Source: Coriobacteriia bacterium | GTDB lineage: Bacteria > Actinomycetota > Coriobacteriia > Anaerosomatales > JAAXUF01 | Assembly (NCBI GenBank): GCA_038245725.1 | Contig: JBBRSD010000001.1 | Location: 224,508 to 288,507, forward strand | Direction: 5' to 3' | Length of the DNA stretch: 64,000 nucleotides | Part shown: in pieces, positions 39,002 through 47,988 of the stretch | Layout of the letters: every line of letters begins with the position of its first letter | How positions within the stretch are numbered: the stretch's first letter is position 1 | The notes under the pieces: generated by a model | Database searches by the model: none | Told to the model about the DNA's origin: nothing | Seen by the model: the letters and a program-made list of their open reading frames with translations, nothing else | Program-made: the position numbers and the translations under genes

Positions 39002-40442
39002 CCGCGGGCGCTGACTTCGCCGTCACGCTGCGATCGCCCGGTGCGGTGATCCGGGGCAATTCGATCGTGAAGCGAGCTCCCGTGCCGCTGACGTTCTCTG
39101 CGCGGATCGTGCCGCTGTGCAGATCGACCAGCCGCCGCGCGATGGCGAGTCCGAGACCGGCACCGCCCGAGTCCTGCGGCCGCGGACCCTGCGCGCGGTA
39201 GAAGCGGTCGAAGATGCGCTCGAGTTCGGGCTCGGGGATGCCGGGGCCGTCGTCGGCGATCATGAGGCGTACATGCAGGTCATCGGCGTTGGCCGACAAG
39301 GTGATGTGTCCCCCCTCCGAAGTGTGCGAGAAGGCGTTCTTAAGCACGTTGAGGAGTGCCTGGTCGAGCAGGTCCGGATCGCCCGAGACCCACAGCCCGG
39401 CCACGGCATCGACCGTTATCGTTCGCGGCCCGAGCATGTTGACCCGCGCGGCGCCTTCCTCGAGCATCGTGCGTACCTCGAGCGGCTGGAACGGACGCGC
39501 GGCTCCCTCGAGACGGGCGAGCGAGAGCAGTTCGTCGAGGAGCCGGGTCATGCGAGCCGACTCGGCGTCGATCATCTCGAGGCTCTCGAGCGCGTCGACG
39601 CCGCCGATCCGCCCGCTGTGCAGGAGTTCGACGTTGCCGCGGACGATCGACACCGGAGTGCGAAGCTCGTGACTCGCGTTGGCGACGAACTTTCGCTGCT
39701 CGGCGTAGGCGTGTTCGAGCCGGCCGAGCATCGCGTTCAACGCGCTCGCGAGCGCTCCGAGCTCGTCGGGAGGTCCCTTGTAGTCCAACCGCATCCCAGG
39801 TGACGCAACCGAGATGGCCGAAGCGTCAGCCGCCATGAGGTGCAGCGGTCGCAGCGCCTCGCGCGCAGCCCAGATCGACAGCGCCGAGGCCAGGACGACG
39901 ACGAGGATGCCTGCGGCACCGAGCGCGCTTACAACACCGACCGCGATGTTGCGCGCGGTGTCTGCCGAGAGCGCGACCTGGAAGGTGCCGATACGCGAGC
40001 CGTCCGCGGCCTCCACCGGTACCGAGAGCGTCCGGTAGGTCGTGCCATCGAGCTTCGCATAAGCGAACGCTGGAGCGGTTGGAGGCGACGTCAGCACGTG
40101 GTTGTCCGCCGCAGAGTAGATTGCGATGTCGGAGTTCGAGATCTTGCGGCCTCCGTCGAAGACAAGTAGAAGGATCGGGCTCGCGCCGGACTGGCCACCG
40201 GTGCGGCCCTGCAGATAGGTGCGCGTGGCGGCTGCCAGGGCCTCGCTCGCGGGAGCGCTACGAACGGCCGCTGCGTACGCGGATGCCTCGCGCACGAGCG
40301 TTCGGTCGGTCTCGCTGCCGAGATTGCGGAGCGTGATGACGTAGGCCAAAGCGCACAGAAGAAGGATGGCGGCCGCGGTGGCCAAGGACATGGTGAGCGC
40401 GACGCGCCCGCTTGCCGACAGACGGCGCCTACGCACGGACAC
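38961..40442 (-). CDS. sensor histidine kinase (two TM, extracytoplasmic sensor, HAMP, HisKA, HATPase_c)
   Basis: H-box FVANASHELRTP, N box LLNVLKNAFSHT and G boxes DDGPGI / GGAGLGLAI. The start is ambiguous (GTG 40442 or 40436, overlapping the RR stop). The 3' end overlaps the selB 3' end by 41 nt. Confidence 0.85.
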   Translation of the reverse strand: MSVRRRRLSASGRVALTMSLATAAAILLLCALAYVITLRNLGSETDRTLVREASAYAAAVRSAPASEALAAATRTYLQGRTGGQSGASPILLLVFDGGRKISNSDIAIYSAADNHVLTSPPTAPAFAYAKLDGTTYRTLSVPVEAADGSRIGTFQVALSADTARNIAVGVVSALGAAGILVVVLASALSIWAAREALRPLHLMAADASAISVASPGMRLDYKGPPDELGALASALNAMLGRLEHAYAEQRKFVANASHELRTPVSIVRGNVELLHSGRIGGVDALESLEMIDAESARMTRLLDELLSLARLEGAARPFQPLEVRTMLEEGAARVNMLGPRTITVDAVAGLWVSGDPDLLDQALLNVLKNAFSHTSEGGHITLSANADDLHVRLMIADDGPGIPEPELERIFDRFYRAQGPRPQDSGGAGLGLAIARRLVDLHSGTIRAENVSGTGARFTIELPRITAPGDRSVTAKSAPAVSPAALGRRRRVW

Positions 40443-41097
40443 GGTACCCGGCGCCCCGAACGGTCTCGACAACGGATGACTCGCCATCGCGGTCGAGTTT
40501 TCGACGAAGGTAGCCTACGTACACATCGACGACATTGCTGCCGGCGTCGAATCCGATGCCCCAGACGGAGTCAAGAATCTGCTGTCGAGAAAGCACCTGG
40601 CCCTCGTGTCGCATGAGGTATTCGAGAAGTGCGAACTCGCGGCTGGGCAGGTCGACGTGGATGTCGCCGCCACGGGTCGCGACACGCGTCTTGGTGTCGA
40701 GCGTCATGTCGCCTACGGTCAGCACCCGGGAGGACGCGGAGCCCTGGCGCCCCGCGGCGCGGACCCGCGCGGCGAGTTCGGCGAAAGCAAACGGCTTCAC
40801 GAGATAGTCATCGGCCCCCGCGTCGAGCACGTCGACTTTGTCGTCGATCTCGCCCAGAGCACTGACAACGATCACGGGTAGCTCGGGCTTCGAGATACGG
40901 ATGGAGCGCAGCACCTCGGTGCCGCGCGCGTCCGGAAGGATGAGATCGAGCAATACGAGGTCGAAGTCGTATGTGGCTTCGATGGCGATCGCATCGGCTG
41001 CATTGGCTGCGCGCTCGACCGAGTGACCCTCGGCCCGCAACCCCTTGACCATGAATGATGCGATGCTGTCCTCGTCTTCAACGACCAGGATCCGCAC
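40429..41097 (-). CDS. OmpR-family response regulator
   Basis: VRILVVEDEDSIA receiver domain (phospho-acceptor in LVLLDLILPD) and a winged-helix C-terminus (EFALLEYLMRH ... GAGYRV). GTG 41097 follows RBS ggaggag. Confidence 0.9.
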   Translation of the reverse strand: MRILVVEDEDSIASFMVKGLRAEGHSVERAANAADAIAIEATYDFDLVLLDLILPDARGTEVLRSIRISKPELPVIVVSALGEIDDKVDVLDAGADDYLVKPFAFAELAARVRAAGRQGSASSRVLTVGDMTLDTKTRVATRGGDIHVDLPSREFALLEYLMRHEGQVLSRQQILDSVWGIGFDAGSNVVDVYVGYLRRKLDRDGESSVVETVRGAGYRVRA

Positions 41098-41098
41098 G

Positions 41099-41524
41099 CT
41101 AGTCTCCTCCGCTCGGGTTGCCTCGCCCCCCACTGCTGTGCTCCGACGACGCACCTTCCCCGTTGTCGAGCACCGGCGGTTTCACGATTTCGACCGAGTT
41201 GCCGTCCGAAGACGATGAACTCGCGCCGCTCTTGACCGACGTTGGAGTGCTTGGCTTCTTGGTGTTCGAGTAGTTCTTGCCCGAATTCGGCTTCGACTTA
41301 GAGGGTTTCGGAGAGACGATGCTGCTCGGAGCTGAGTGAGACGTCGCCGAGAGAGGGGCACTGACGGCGGACGAAACGGTCGATGTGACCGGGCGAGACG
41401 TGATCACGATCGGCACGTCGCCTGCGGTGGGACCATGGCCGGTGGAAGCAACAGCGACCCCGACCGCGGCGAGGCCGATAATTACGCCTATGACGATTAT
41501 CACCTTCACCGTGTGTCCCAACAT
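41099..41524 (-). CDS. small membrane-anchored Ser/Thr/Pro-rich hypothetical protein
   Basis: 141 aa. One N-terminal TM helix (VKVIIVIGVIIGLAAVGVAVA) followed by a low-complexity S/T/P/K-rich tail. Its stop lies 1 nt before the RR start codon. Confidence 0.45.
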   Translation of the reverse strand: MLGHTVKVIIVIGVIIGLAAVGVAVASTGHGPTAGDVPIVITSRPVTSTVSSAVSAPLSATSHSAPSSIVSPKPSKSKPNSGKNYSNTKKPSTPTSVKSGASSSSSDGNSVEIVKPPVLDNGEGASSEHSSGGRGNPSGGD

Positions 41525-41583
41525 TGCATCGCCAGTTTCTCTACTCTGAGTTGATTATCACCTATGCGGACGGTGTTGCGGGC

Positions 41584-42960
41584 CTAGCCACCATTGGACG
41601 AGTCGTGGCATGCGATGCACGTGTGCGTCGTGAAGCCGTTGGGATGGCAGTTCGTGCATGCGAAGCTCTTTGAGGAGTGCTGTCCGCCGCGGATGGGAGC
41701 GTGTGAGAAGGCCCAGCTCACGCCGGTGTTGTGATGGCAGTTCGAGCACTGGCCGGCGGCCATTCCGGCCGGTCGTGCGTGGCAGCTTGTGCAGTTCGCT
41801 CGGCTGCCCGGATGTGTGAACGCCCAGCTGACACCAGGCTTGCGATGACAGGTCGAGCACTGGCCGGCGGCCATTCCGGCCGGTCGTGCGTGGCAGCTAG
41901 CGCAGTTCGCTCCGATGCCAGGGTGCGAGAACGCCCAGCTAACGCCAGGCTTGCGATGACAGGTCGAACAGGCACCTGCGGCCATGCCTGCGGGGCGCGG
42001 GTGGCAGCTAGCGCAGTTCGCTCCGATGCCAGGGTGCGAGAACGCCCACGACTTCCCGGGCTGCTTGTGGCACGTCGCGCAGTCGCCGCGGATGCTCGTG
42101 TGCTTCGCGGGACGGACGTGGCATGTCGAGCAGTCTGAGCCCGATGTGTGCGAGTGCATCCATGTCTTTGCCACCTGCTCGTGACAGCTCGTGCACTGCG
42201 TGGACGCGGGGTGAACCGCCGGACGGTTGTGGCATGAGGCGCAGTCAACGCCTGAGAGAGGGTGCGTGAAGACGAACTTCGGACCGGTCCGGTGACACGT
42301 CGTACACTCGCCACGCGGCTTGTGCTGCGGCGTGTGGCACGTCGAGCAAGCTGTCTTCGACATCGTGTGACAGCGAGAGCACACGACCGTGATATGTCCT
42401 GCCAGATCGGCGGCTCCGGCGTCGATGACGGCGAGGCTCGTGCCCGCCGACGCGGCGGCCGAGATGGCGGTGGGGTTGAGGATTCCCGCCTGCTGAAGCG
42501 TTGAGGCGGGCACCGCGTGGCCGGCCGTCTGGTGGCAGCTCGCGCACGTGCCCCGGGTCGCGTGCGTCTTGTGGCTGAAGCCAGGTACGAGAACGGTCAC
42601 GGTCGTATGACAGCGGATGCATCGCGAATCGGGGACCTCAGTCGGAGTCATGCGCGGGAAGGACGTGTCGCTCCGGAAGTGAGCGACGACCTCCTTGAGG
42701 GCCGAGAACTTGTGAGTCAGCCGAGCGGTCTGACCTGGTTCTACATGGCATTCGAGACACGAAGCGTCGCGATGGGGACCTTGGGACCATGCCGAGAGGT
42801 ACGGACTCATCTCATGGCAGGTGGAGCCGCAGAACGACGGTTTGTCGGTCGCGTGGGCGATGCCAAGGAACGCGGCAGCACCAACGCCGATAGCCACCAG
42901 GCCGACAAGCAGCCAGGTGCCTACCTTGCGAGATATTCTCCACGTCACTGGACTTGTCAT
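41584..42960 (-). CDS. NapC/NirT (NrfH/CymA)-type membrane-anchored multihaem cytochrome c, 19 haem motifs
   Basis: N-terminal TM anchor, then FCGSTCHEM ... CLECH (the NapC/NirT head). In total 18 CXXCH plus one CX3CH. The C-terminal half is made of paired-CXXCH repeats (SWAFSHPG ... CASCH ... CSTCH). Confidence 0.85.
   Translation of the reverse strand: MTSPVTWRISRKVGTWLLVGLVAIGVGAAAFLGIAHATDKPSFCGSTCHEMSPYLSAWSQGPHRDASCLECHVEPGQTARLTHKFSALKEVVAHFRSDTSFPRMTPTEVPDSRCIRCHTTVTVLVPGFSHKTHATRGTCASCHQTAGHAVPASTLQQAGILNPTAISAAASAGTSLAVIDAGAADLAGHITVVCSRCHTMSKTACSTCHTPQHKPRGECTTCHRTGPKFVFTHPLSGVDCASCHNRPAVHPASTQCTSCHEQVAKTWMHSHTSGSDCSTCHVRPAKHTSIRGDCATCHKQPGKSWAFSHPGIGANCASCHPRPAGMAAGACSTCHRKPGVSWAFSHPGIGANCASCHARPAGMAAGQCSTCHRKPGVSWAFTHPGSRANCTSCHARPAGMAAGQCSNCHHNTGVSWAFSHAPIRGGQHSSKSFACTNCHPNGFTTHTCIACHDSSNGG
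41703..42075. repeat. about 3.4 tandem copies of a 111-bp (37-codon) unit inside the cytochrome gene
   Basis: The string cgagcact recurs at 41743 and 41854, and the diverged cgaaca at 41965, giving a period of 111. Long identical runs such as ggccggcggccattccggccggtcgtgcgtggcagct are shared between copies. Confidence 0.8.
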
Positions 42961-43195
42961 GCGCGCCGTCCCGTCGTCAGTTCACGCCGTTGGGATTATC
43001 TTCGTCTCCGCAGGTGAGGGCTGCATGAGGGGTGCGTGAGAACTTCCTCACGGTCAAACGCCGCCTCGTCGTCGCGCGTGGCGGGGATCCGGCGGTTTGA
43101 CACAGCATCGCACGCTCGAGAGAATGCCGAGGACATGGGGCAGGCGATTCTCGGCGGGCGTTTGCGCTCATCGTCGCCGGGCGAAGGGGCGAGAC

Positions 43196-45991
43196 GTGAA
43201 GTCACAGCCCGCAATCGAGCCGAAAGCGTCACCGGTCGGGATTCAGAAGCATGGGCGTCCGCGTCTGGTCGGCGTGTTGGGGTGCCTGGCGGCGCTTATC
43301 GTGGGCGAGGTCCTGGTCTTTCGCTATCTGTTCCAGTACGGGATCTCCAACATCGCGGCCGTCGATGGGGCCTCACAGCACTTTCCCGCGTTTCTGTACT
43401 TCCACGAATGGTTGACCGCCGCTCTGCGCGGGCATGCCGCAGGGTACGGGATGTGGTCTTGGCGACTCGGCCTCGGGTCCGACGTGCTCACCACGCTCTC
43501 GTACTATCTTGCCGACCCCTTCGGCTGGCTGAGCCTCCTGTTCCCGGCGCACGTGCTCGAGAGCGTGTACGAGGCACTCTTCTTCCTCAGGGTTCTGTGC
43601 GCGGGACTTGCGGGATACGCGTATCTGCGGACGATGCGCGGGACGCGATTTGCCGCCACAGCCGGGGCGCTCGTCTACGTCTTCTCCGGTTACCTGCTGC
43701 AGCTCACCATCCGCCACCCATACTTCGTCGACCCGATGGTCTGGTTCCCGCTGATCCTGATCGGCACGGAACGGGTACTCGCGCATCGAAGGTGGTACCT
43801 GCTCGTCGTCGCCATTTATGTTGCGGCTTCGAGCAACTTCTACTTCTTCTACCAGCTGGGCATCATCGCCACTGTGTATGCGGCAGCGCGGTGGGTCGAA
43901 ATCACCAAGCCCGGCGACCGGCTCCGCAAGCTCCTTCCGGACGCGTTGCGGATCGCCGGCTTGTACGTGCAGGGGGCGGTGCTCGCCGCTTGGGTGCTCG
44001 TGCCGCTCGCGCTCGCGGTGTTCGCGAGTTCGCGTGAAGTCTCGCACTACGGCCTGCGGTTGTCGTTCACCGCCAGGACCTACGCCACCTACCTCGTCGC
44101 ACTCGTGTCAGCGCGTGGCGGTGCGAACGCGTTTTCCGGCGGGTTCGCCATGCTCGGAATCCTCGCTGCAGGCGTCGTGGCATTGCGCCGCGGCAACACC
44201 GCGCTCAAGTTCATGCTCATCGCGCTTGCGGCTTTCGCGATGTCTCCGATTCTCGGCCTCGCGGTCAACGAGTTCACGTTTCCCAGCTACCGCTTCTTGT
44301 TCGTGGCTGGGCTGTTCCTCGGCTTGGCGGTCACGGTCGTTCTCTCCGATCCGCATCCGCTCTCGCGTCGGGAACTTGCCCTGACCGGGATCGGCCTGGT
44401 CGTCTTCGCGGTGATCGATATCTGGGCATGCAGGAGGCTGGGACACCGGCTGGCACTCGTGGTCGTGCCGCTCGGCATCGGCGCGCTTTCTTGGGCGCTA
44501 TTTGCCCTGGAGCGGCTCGTTCGCGGCTCCGCCAGGGCCGAAGGCGACGACGGCTCGAGGCGGGCCGGCAATCTGGCGATCGCCTCACGCGTAGGCCTGG
44601 TCGCTTTGGTGCTCGTGGGCATTGCGGCCAACGGCGTGGCCTCCTACGACCGGCGGTACAACCCCGCGCTCAAGAGTTTCTTGCCCGTCGGGACAGCCCT
44701 CAGCCGGTACACGAACGACGCGGGCACGGTGGCGCCGTCGCTTCCCGTCGATGGGTTGCAGCGCATCGACAAACAGCGCGGGGTCCTGGGAAGCGATCTG
44801 GGAGCCATTCAGGACAACGACGCGCTCGTGCAGGGGTTCCACGGCTTGGACTTCTACTACTCGATCATGGCCGACGCTCTGCACGAGTATGCGAAGGGAC
44901 TGGCCGATCGAGCGAAGCGGCTTTCCTTCGACTCTGAGGGTTTCGACGACCGCGCCGCGCTCGACACCTTGGGCGCGGTCAGGTACTACATCGCCCCGTC
45001 CGAGGGGTCCAGCTTCGTGCCGTATGGCTTCGCGCCGAGGTCGACGCTGGGCACCGAGACCGTGTACGAGAACCGCTACGCTCTGGCGGTGGGCTACGTG
45101 TACCACGCGGTCATCGCATCTGAGACGTATTCGGCCCTGTCGCCCCTCGACAAGCAGCAGGCCCTTCTGCAGGGTGTCGTCCTGGCGGATGGTGAGGCTC
45201 CTGCTGTGCGGCGGATCCTGCCCACTCCCGAGACGATCGAGGTCACCCACACGCTCACGCCAGGCAGGGGTCTGTCGTGGGATGAGGCTACCGGGAGCAT
45301 CTCGATCGACAAGAAGCGAGCCTCAGCGACTCTCACGTTCACTCCGGTCATCGACTCAGAGACATACGTCGAGATGAATGGAGTGAGCTTTAAGGGTGGG
45401 CCGCAGTTGGCGGTTACGGTCAAGACCGCCGACGCCCGCAAGACCCACTGGTTCGTCGCAGCCTCACGCGGCTACTACTGGGGAGACAAGACGTTACTCG
45501 TCAACCTGGGTTACTCGTCACACGGCGTTTCACGCGCCAAGATCGCCTTCCTCGATGCCGCCAAGGTGCGCTATTCGTCGCTAAAGGTCATCGCGGTGCC
45601 CATGGCCCATTTCGGCGAACACGTTCAACGCCTTCAGGCCGAGGAGATGCACGACGTTCGCGTCGGGACCGACGCTTTGTCGGGAACCGTGATCTCCCAA
45701 GGCGCCGGCGTGCTGTTCCTCAGCGTCCCCTACAGCACCGGCTGGCGCGCCACAGTGGATGGGGTTCCGGCTCCCCTCCTGCGTGCCAACATCGGGTTCA
45801 GCGGGATCGCGGTCGCTTCGGGCGAGCACCGCGTTGAGCTGCGCTACGCCACTCCCGGCCTGGGCACCGGCTCGGCGGCCAGCCTGCTGGCCCTCGTCCT
45901 GGCGGTAGCGCTCGCGATTGCGACCGAGATGAAGCTTGCGGGCGAGCGAAGAGGCGAGACGGCGGGGGCCGCGAAGGGCCACGCTGGCTGA
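43196..45991 (+). CDS. YfhO-family polytopic membrane protein (putative glycosyltransferase)
   Basis: GISNIAAVDGASQHFPAFLYFHEWL and many TM helices followed by a large C-terminal extracytoplasmic domain. GTG 43196 with an aagggg RBS is preferred. The track start TTG 43097 coincides with a TTGACA-N17-GAGAAT promoter-like element. Confidence 0.75.
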   Translation: MKSQPAIEPKASPVGIQKHGRPRLVGVLGCLAALIVGEVLVFRYLFQYGISNIAAVDGASQHFPAFLYFHEWLTAALRGHAAGYGMWSWRLGLGSDVLTTLSYYLADPFGWLSLLFPAHVLESVYEALFFLRVLCAGLAGYAYLRTMRGTRFAATAGALVYVFSGYLLQLTIRHPYFVDPMVWFPLILIGTERVLAHRRWYLLVVAIYVAASSNFYFFYQLGIIATVYAAARWVEITKPGDRLRKLLPDALRIAGLYVQGAVLAAWVLVPLALAVFASSREVSHYGLRLSFTARTYATYLVALVSARGGANAFSGGFAMLGILAAGVVALRRGNTALKFMLIALAAFAMSPILGLAVNEFTFPSYRFLFVAGLFLGLAVTVVLSDPHPLSRRELALTGIGLVVFAVIDIWACRRLGHRLALVVVPLGIGALSWALFALERLVRGSARAEGDDGSRRAGNLAIASRVGLVALVLVGIAANGVASYDRRYNPALKSFLPVGTALSRYTNDAGTVAPSLPVDGLQRIDKQRGVLGSDLGAIQDNDALVQGFHGLDFYYSIMADALHEYAKGLADRAKRLSFDSEGFDDRAALDTLGAVRYYIAPSEGSSFVPYGFAPRSTLGTETVYENRYALAVGYVYHAVIASETYSALSPLDKQQALLQGVVLADGEAPAVRRILPTPETIEVTHTLTPGRGLSWDEATGSISIDKKRASATLTFTPVIDSETYVEMNGVSFKGGPQLAVTVKTADARKTHWFVAASRGYYWGDKTLLVNLGYSSHGVSRAKIAFLDAAKVRYSSLKVIAVPMAHFGEHVQRLQAEEMHDVRVGTDALSGTVISQGAGVLFLSVPYSTGWRATVDGVPAPLLRANIGFSGIAVASGEHRVELRYATPGLGTGSAASLLALVLAVALAIATEMKLAGERRGETAGAAKGHAG

Positions 45992-46259
45992 CGACCGGAC
46001 CGGGATGGAGCACCCGCGGATGGCACCTCGTGGTGCGACCTGCGGCAACACGGTATCCTGTTGGTGGAGGCGGTTCTCGGCTGGTGCTGGGCTTGGTCTT
46101 CAAAACCACAGTGGGGCGTGAAGAGCGTCCCGGGTGTGTTCGATTCGCACACGCCTCCGCCACGTGCGCAAAACCGGCGTATCGCAGATGCAGACGCCGT
46201 TGCTTCAGTCATGCCAGGGGTTGTTGACGCGATCCCGCAGAGTTTGGAAGGGGAGCACG

Positions 46260-46748
46260 ATGCGTGTTCGGTTGATCGCGGTGGCCGTGCTGGCTGTCGT
46301 GGCTTCGGCAGCGCTTGGTGGCTGCGCGAGCGTGAAGAGCTCGCTGGACGCCAGGTTCACGCCCAAGCCCCAGCTCATCACGCAGGAGGCCACTGTTGCT
46401 GCCACCGGCGCATCGATTATCGGGAAGATCCCTCCCGGCTTTCCGCGCACGTTGCCCATGTGGCCGGGAGCGAGGGTCTACAGGACCAAGGTCACCAACA
46501 CTCGCAACGGCAAGCCGTCCTACATTCTGTCGACGTGGACGCGAGATCCCTTCGCCGACGTCCTCGCCGGTCTCGGCAAGGGCTTCCTCGATGGTGGCTG
46601 GAAGGTCAGGGGTACCGACGTCAGCATCGACAAACAAAAGGTCGTCATTCTCACGATCTCCGGATTGGGCAGCGAGGGCATCGTCACGGTGAGCCAGATC
46701 GCCTCGAGACCGGTGACCATCGACTACGTGGTGGGACCGAAGAAGTAG
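46260..46748 (+). CDS. hypothetical lipoprotein
   Basis: MRVRLIAVAVLAVVASAALGGCAS signal peptide with lipobox, and RBS ggaagggga upstream. No domain recognised. Confidence 0.55.
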   Translation: MRVRLIAVAVLAVVASAALGGCASVKSSLDARFTPKPQLITQEATVAATGASIIGKIPPGFPRTLPMWPGARVYRTKVTNTRNGKPSYILSTWTRDPFADVLAGLGKGFLDGGWKVRGTDVSIDKQKVVILTISGLGSEGIVTVSQIASRPVTIDYVVGPKK

Positions 46749-46795
46749 CGCCCACGGGTACAAACTGCGGTACCGCCCGAACCGAAAGGAACCGC

Positions 46796-47311
46796 ATGGA
46801 CACCCTCGAGGCAATCCATTCACGTCGCAGCATCCGCCAGTACGCCGAGACGCCCGTTACCGACGAGCAGCTCGAGACGTTGCTGCGCGCGGCCATGGCC
46901 GCACCGTCCGCCGGCAACCAGCAGTCGTGGCGCTTCATCGTGGTGCGAGACGCCGAGACCCGAGCCAAGCTTGCGGTCGCCACGCCGTACGGCGCACCCA
47001 TGGGACGAGCCCCGCTTGGAATTGTCGTCTGCGGTGACGCATCTGCCGAGAAATTCCCAGACAACTGGGCGAACGACTGCGCGGCGGCGGTGGAGAACTT
47101 GTTGATCGCAGCTCAGGCGATCGGTCTCGGCGCAGTGTGGCTCGGCGTGCATCCGGGGGAGGCGCGCGAGGAGGCCGTGGCCGCTATCGTGGGCACGCCA
47201 CCGCACATCCGCCCGTTCTGCATGGTGGCAGTGGGCGTTCCTGCGGCACCCGGCCCCGAGGTCGACCGCTACCGGCCGGAGCTTGTGTTCTCGGAGGGCT
47301 GGGGCGAGTGA
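46796..47311 (+). CDS. nitroreductase family protein
   Basis: MDTLEAIHSRRSIRQYAETPVTDEQLETLLRAAMAAPSAGNQQSWRFIVV is the canonical nitroreductase N-terminus. Confidence 0.85.
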   Translation: MDTLEAIHSRRSIRQYAETPVTDEQLETLLRAAMAAPSAGNQQSWRFIVVRDAETRAKLAVATPYGAPMGRAPLGIVVCGDASAEKFPDNWANDCAAAVENLLIAAQAIGLGAVWLGVHPGEAREEAVAAIVGTPPHIRPFCMVAVGVPAAPGPEVDRYRPELVFSEGWGE

Positions 47312-47988
47312 CCGCACTGCTCGAAGCGCGCAACCTCGTCGCGACGATGCCTGCCGAGACGGGCTCAGCTCGCGTGCTCGACGGCATCTCGCTCGTGCTC
47401 GACCCGGGCGAAGTCGTTGACATCACCGGCCCATCGGGCTCGGGCAAGACGACCCTGCTGCGCGCGCTCGCGCGTCTGCTGCCCGGCGCCACTGGAACCC
47501 TCCTCCTCGATGGCGTACCCGCCGAGAAGATCGTCTCGCAGCACTGGCGAGCGTCGGTCGCGCTGCTGCCGCAGAAGCCCGCCATCGCCGCGGGCGATGT
47601 GCGCGCCAATCTGCTGCTGGCGTGGTCTCTGCGCGTCCGGCGCCTTCACGCGCGTCCGAGCGACGCCGCACTCAACGCAGCGCTCGCACGAGTTCACCTC
47701 GACGACATCGCGCTCGACCGTGACGCTGTACGGCTTTCGGTCGGCCAGGCGGCGCGCATCGCGCTGCTGCGCGTGTTGCTCACCGAGCCGCGCGTGCTGC
47801 TTCTCGACGAGCCTGACGCCGCGCTCGACGACGCCTCCGCGGATGCCGTCTCCGTCCTCACGCGCGATTTCGTCGCCGGGGGCGGCGCCGTGATGCGCGT
47901 GCGGCATCATCGCGCCGACGGGCTCGCGGATAGGCGGCTGTTGCTCTCGGGAGGCGATCTCGTGGTCGCGCAGGAGATGACGCAGTGA
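47308..47988 (+). CDS. fetA: ABC transporter ATP-binding protein, FetA/YbbL-like
   Basis: GTG 47308 forms a GTGA overlap. Walker A GPSGSGKTT, signature LSVGQAARI and Walker B LLLDEPDAALD. Paired with a FetB-type permease. Confidence 0.75.
   Translation: MTALLEARNLVATMPAETGSARVLDGISLVLDPGEVVDITGPSGSGKTTLLRALARLLPGATGTLLLDGVPAEKIVSQHWRASVALLPQKPAIAAGDVRANLLLAWSLRVRRLHARPSDAALNAALARVHLDDIALDRDAVRLSVGQAARIALLRVLLTEPRVLLLDEPDAALDDASADAVSVLTRDFVAGGGAVMRVRHHRADGLADRRLLLSGGDLVVAQEMTQ

Noticed and set aside
41703-42075. The tandem repeats here, and those at 49011..49082, as a possible CRISPR array or intergenic repeat element
   Set aside because: Both are in frame within coding sequences, have no unique spacers, and translate into haem-binding or proline-rich protein repeats.
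43097-43195. The TTG 43097 start for the YfhO-family gene
   Set aside because: That TTG is the first half of a TTGACA-N17-GAGAAT promoter-like element. GTG 43196 has an appropriately spaced aagggg RBS.
42961-45991. A functional link between the YfhO-family glycosyltransferase and the divergently transcribed 19-haem cytochrome
   Set aside because: Only adjacency supports it, and divergent orientation with separate promoter-like elements is common by chance. There is no sequence evidence for coupling.
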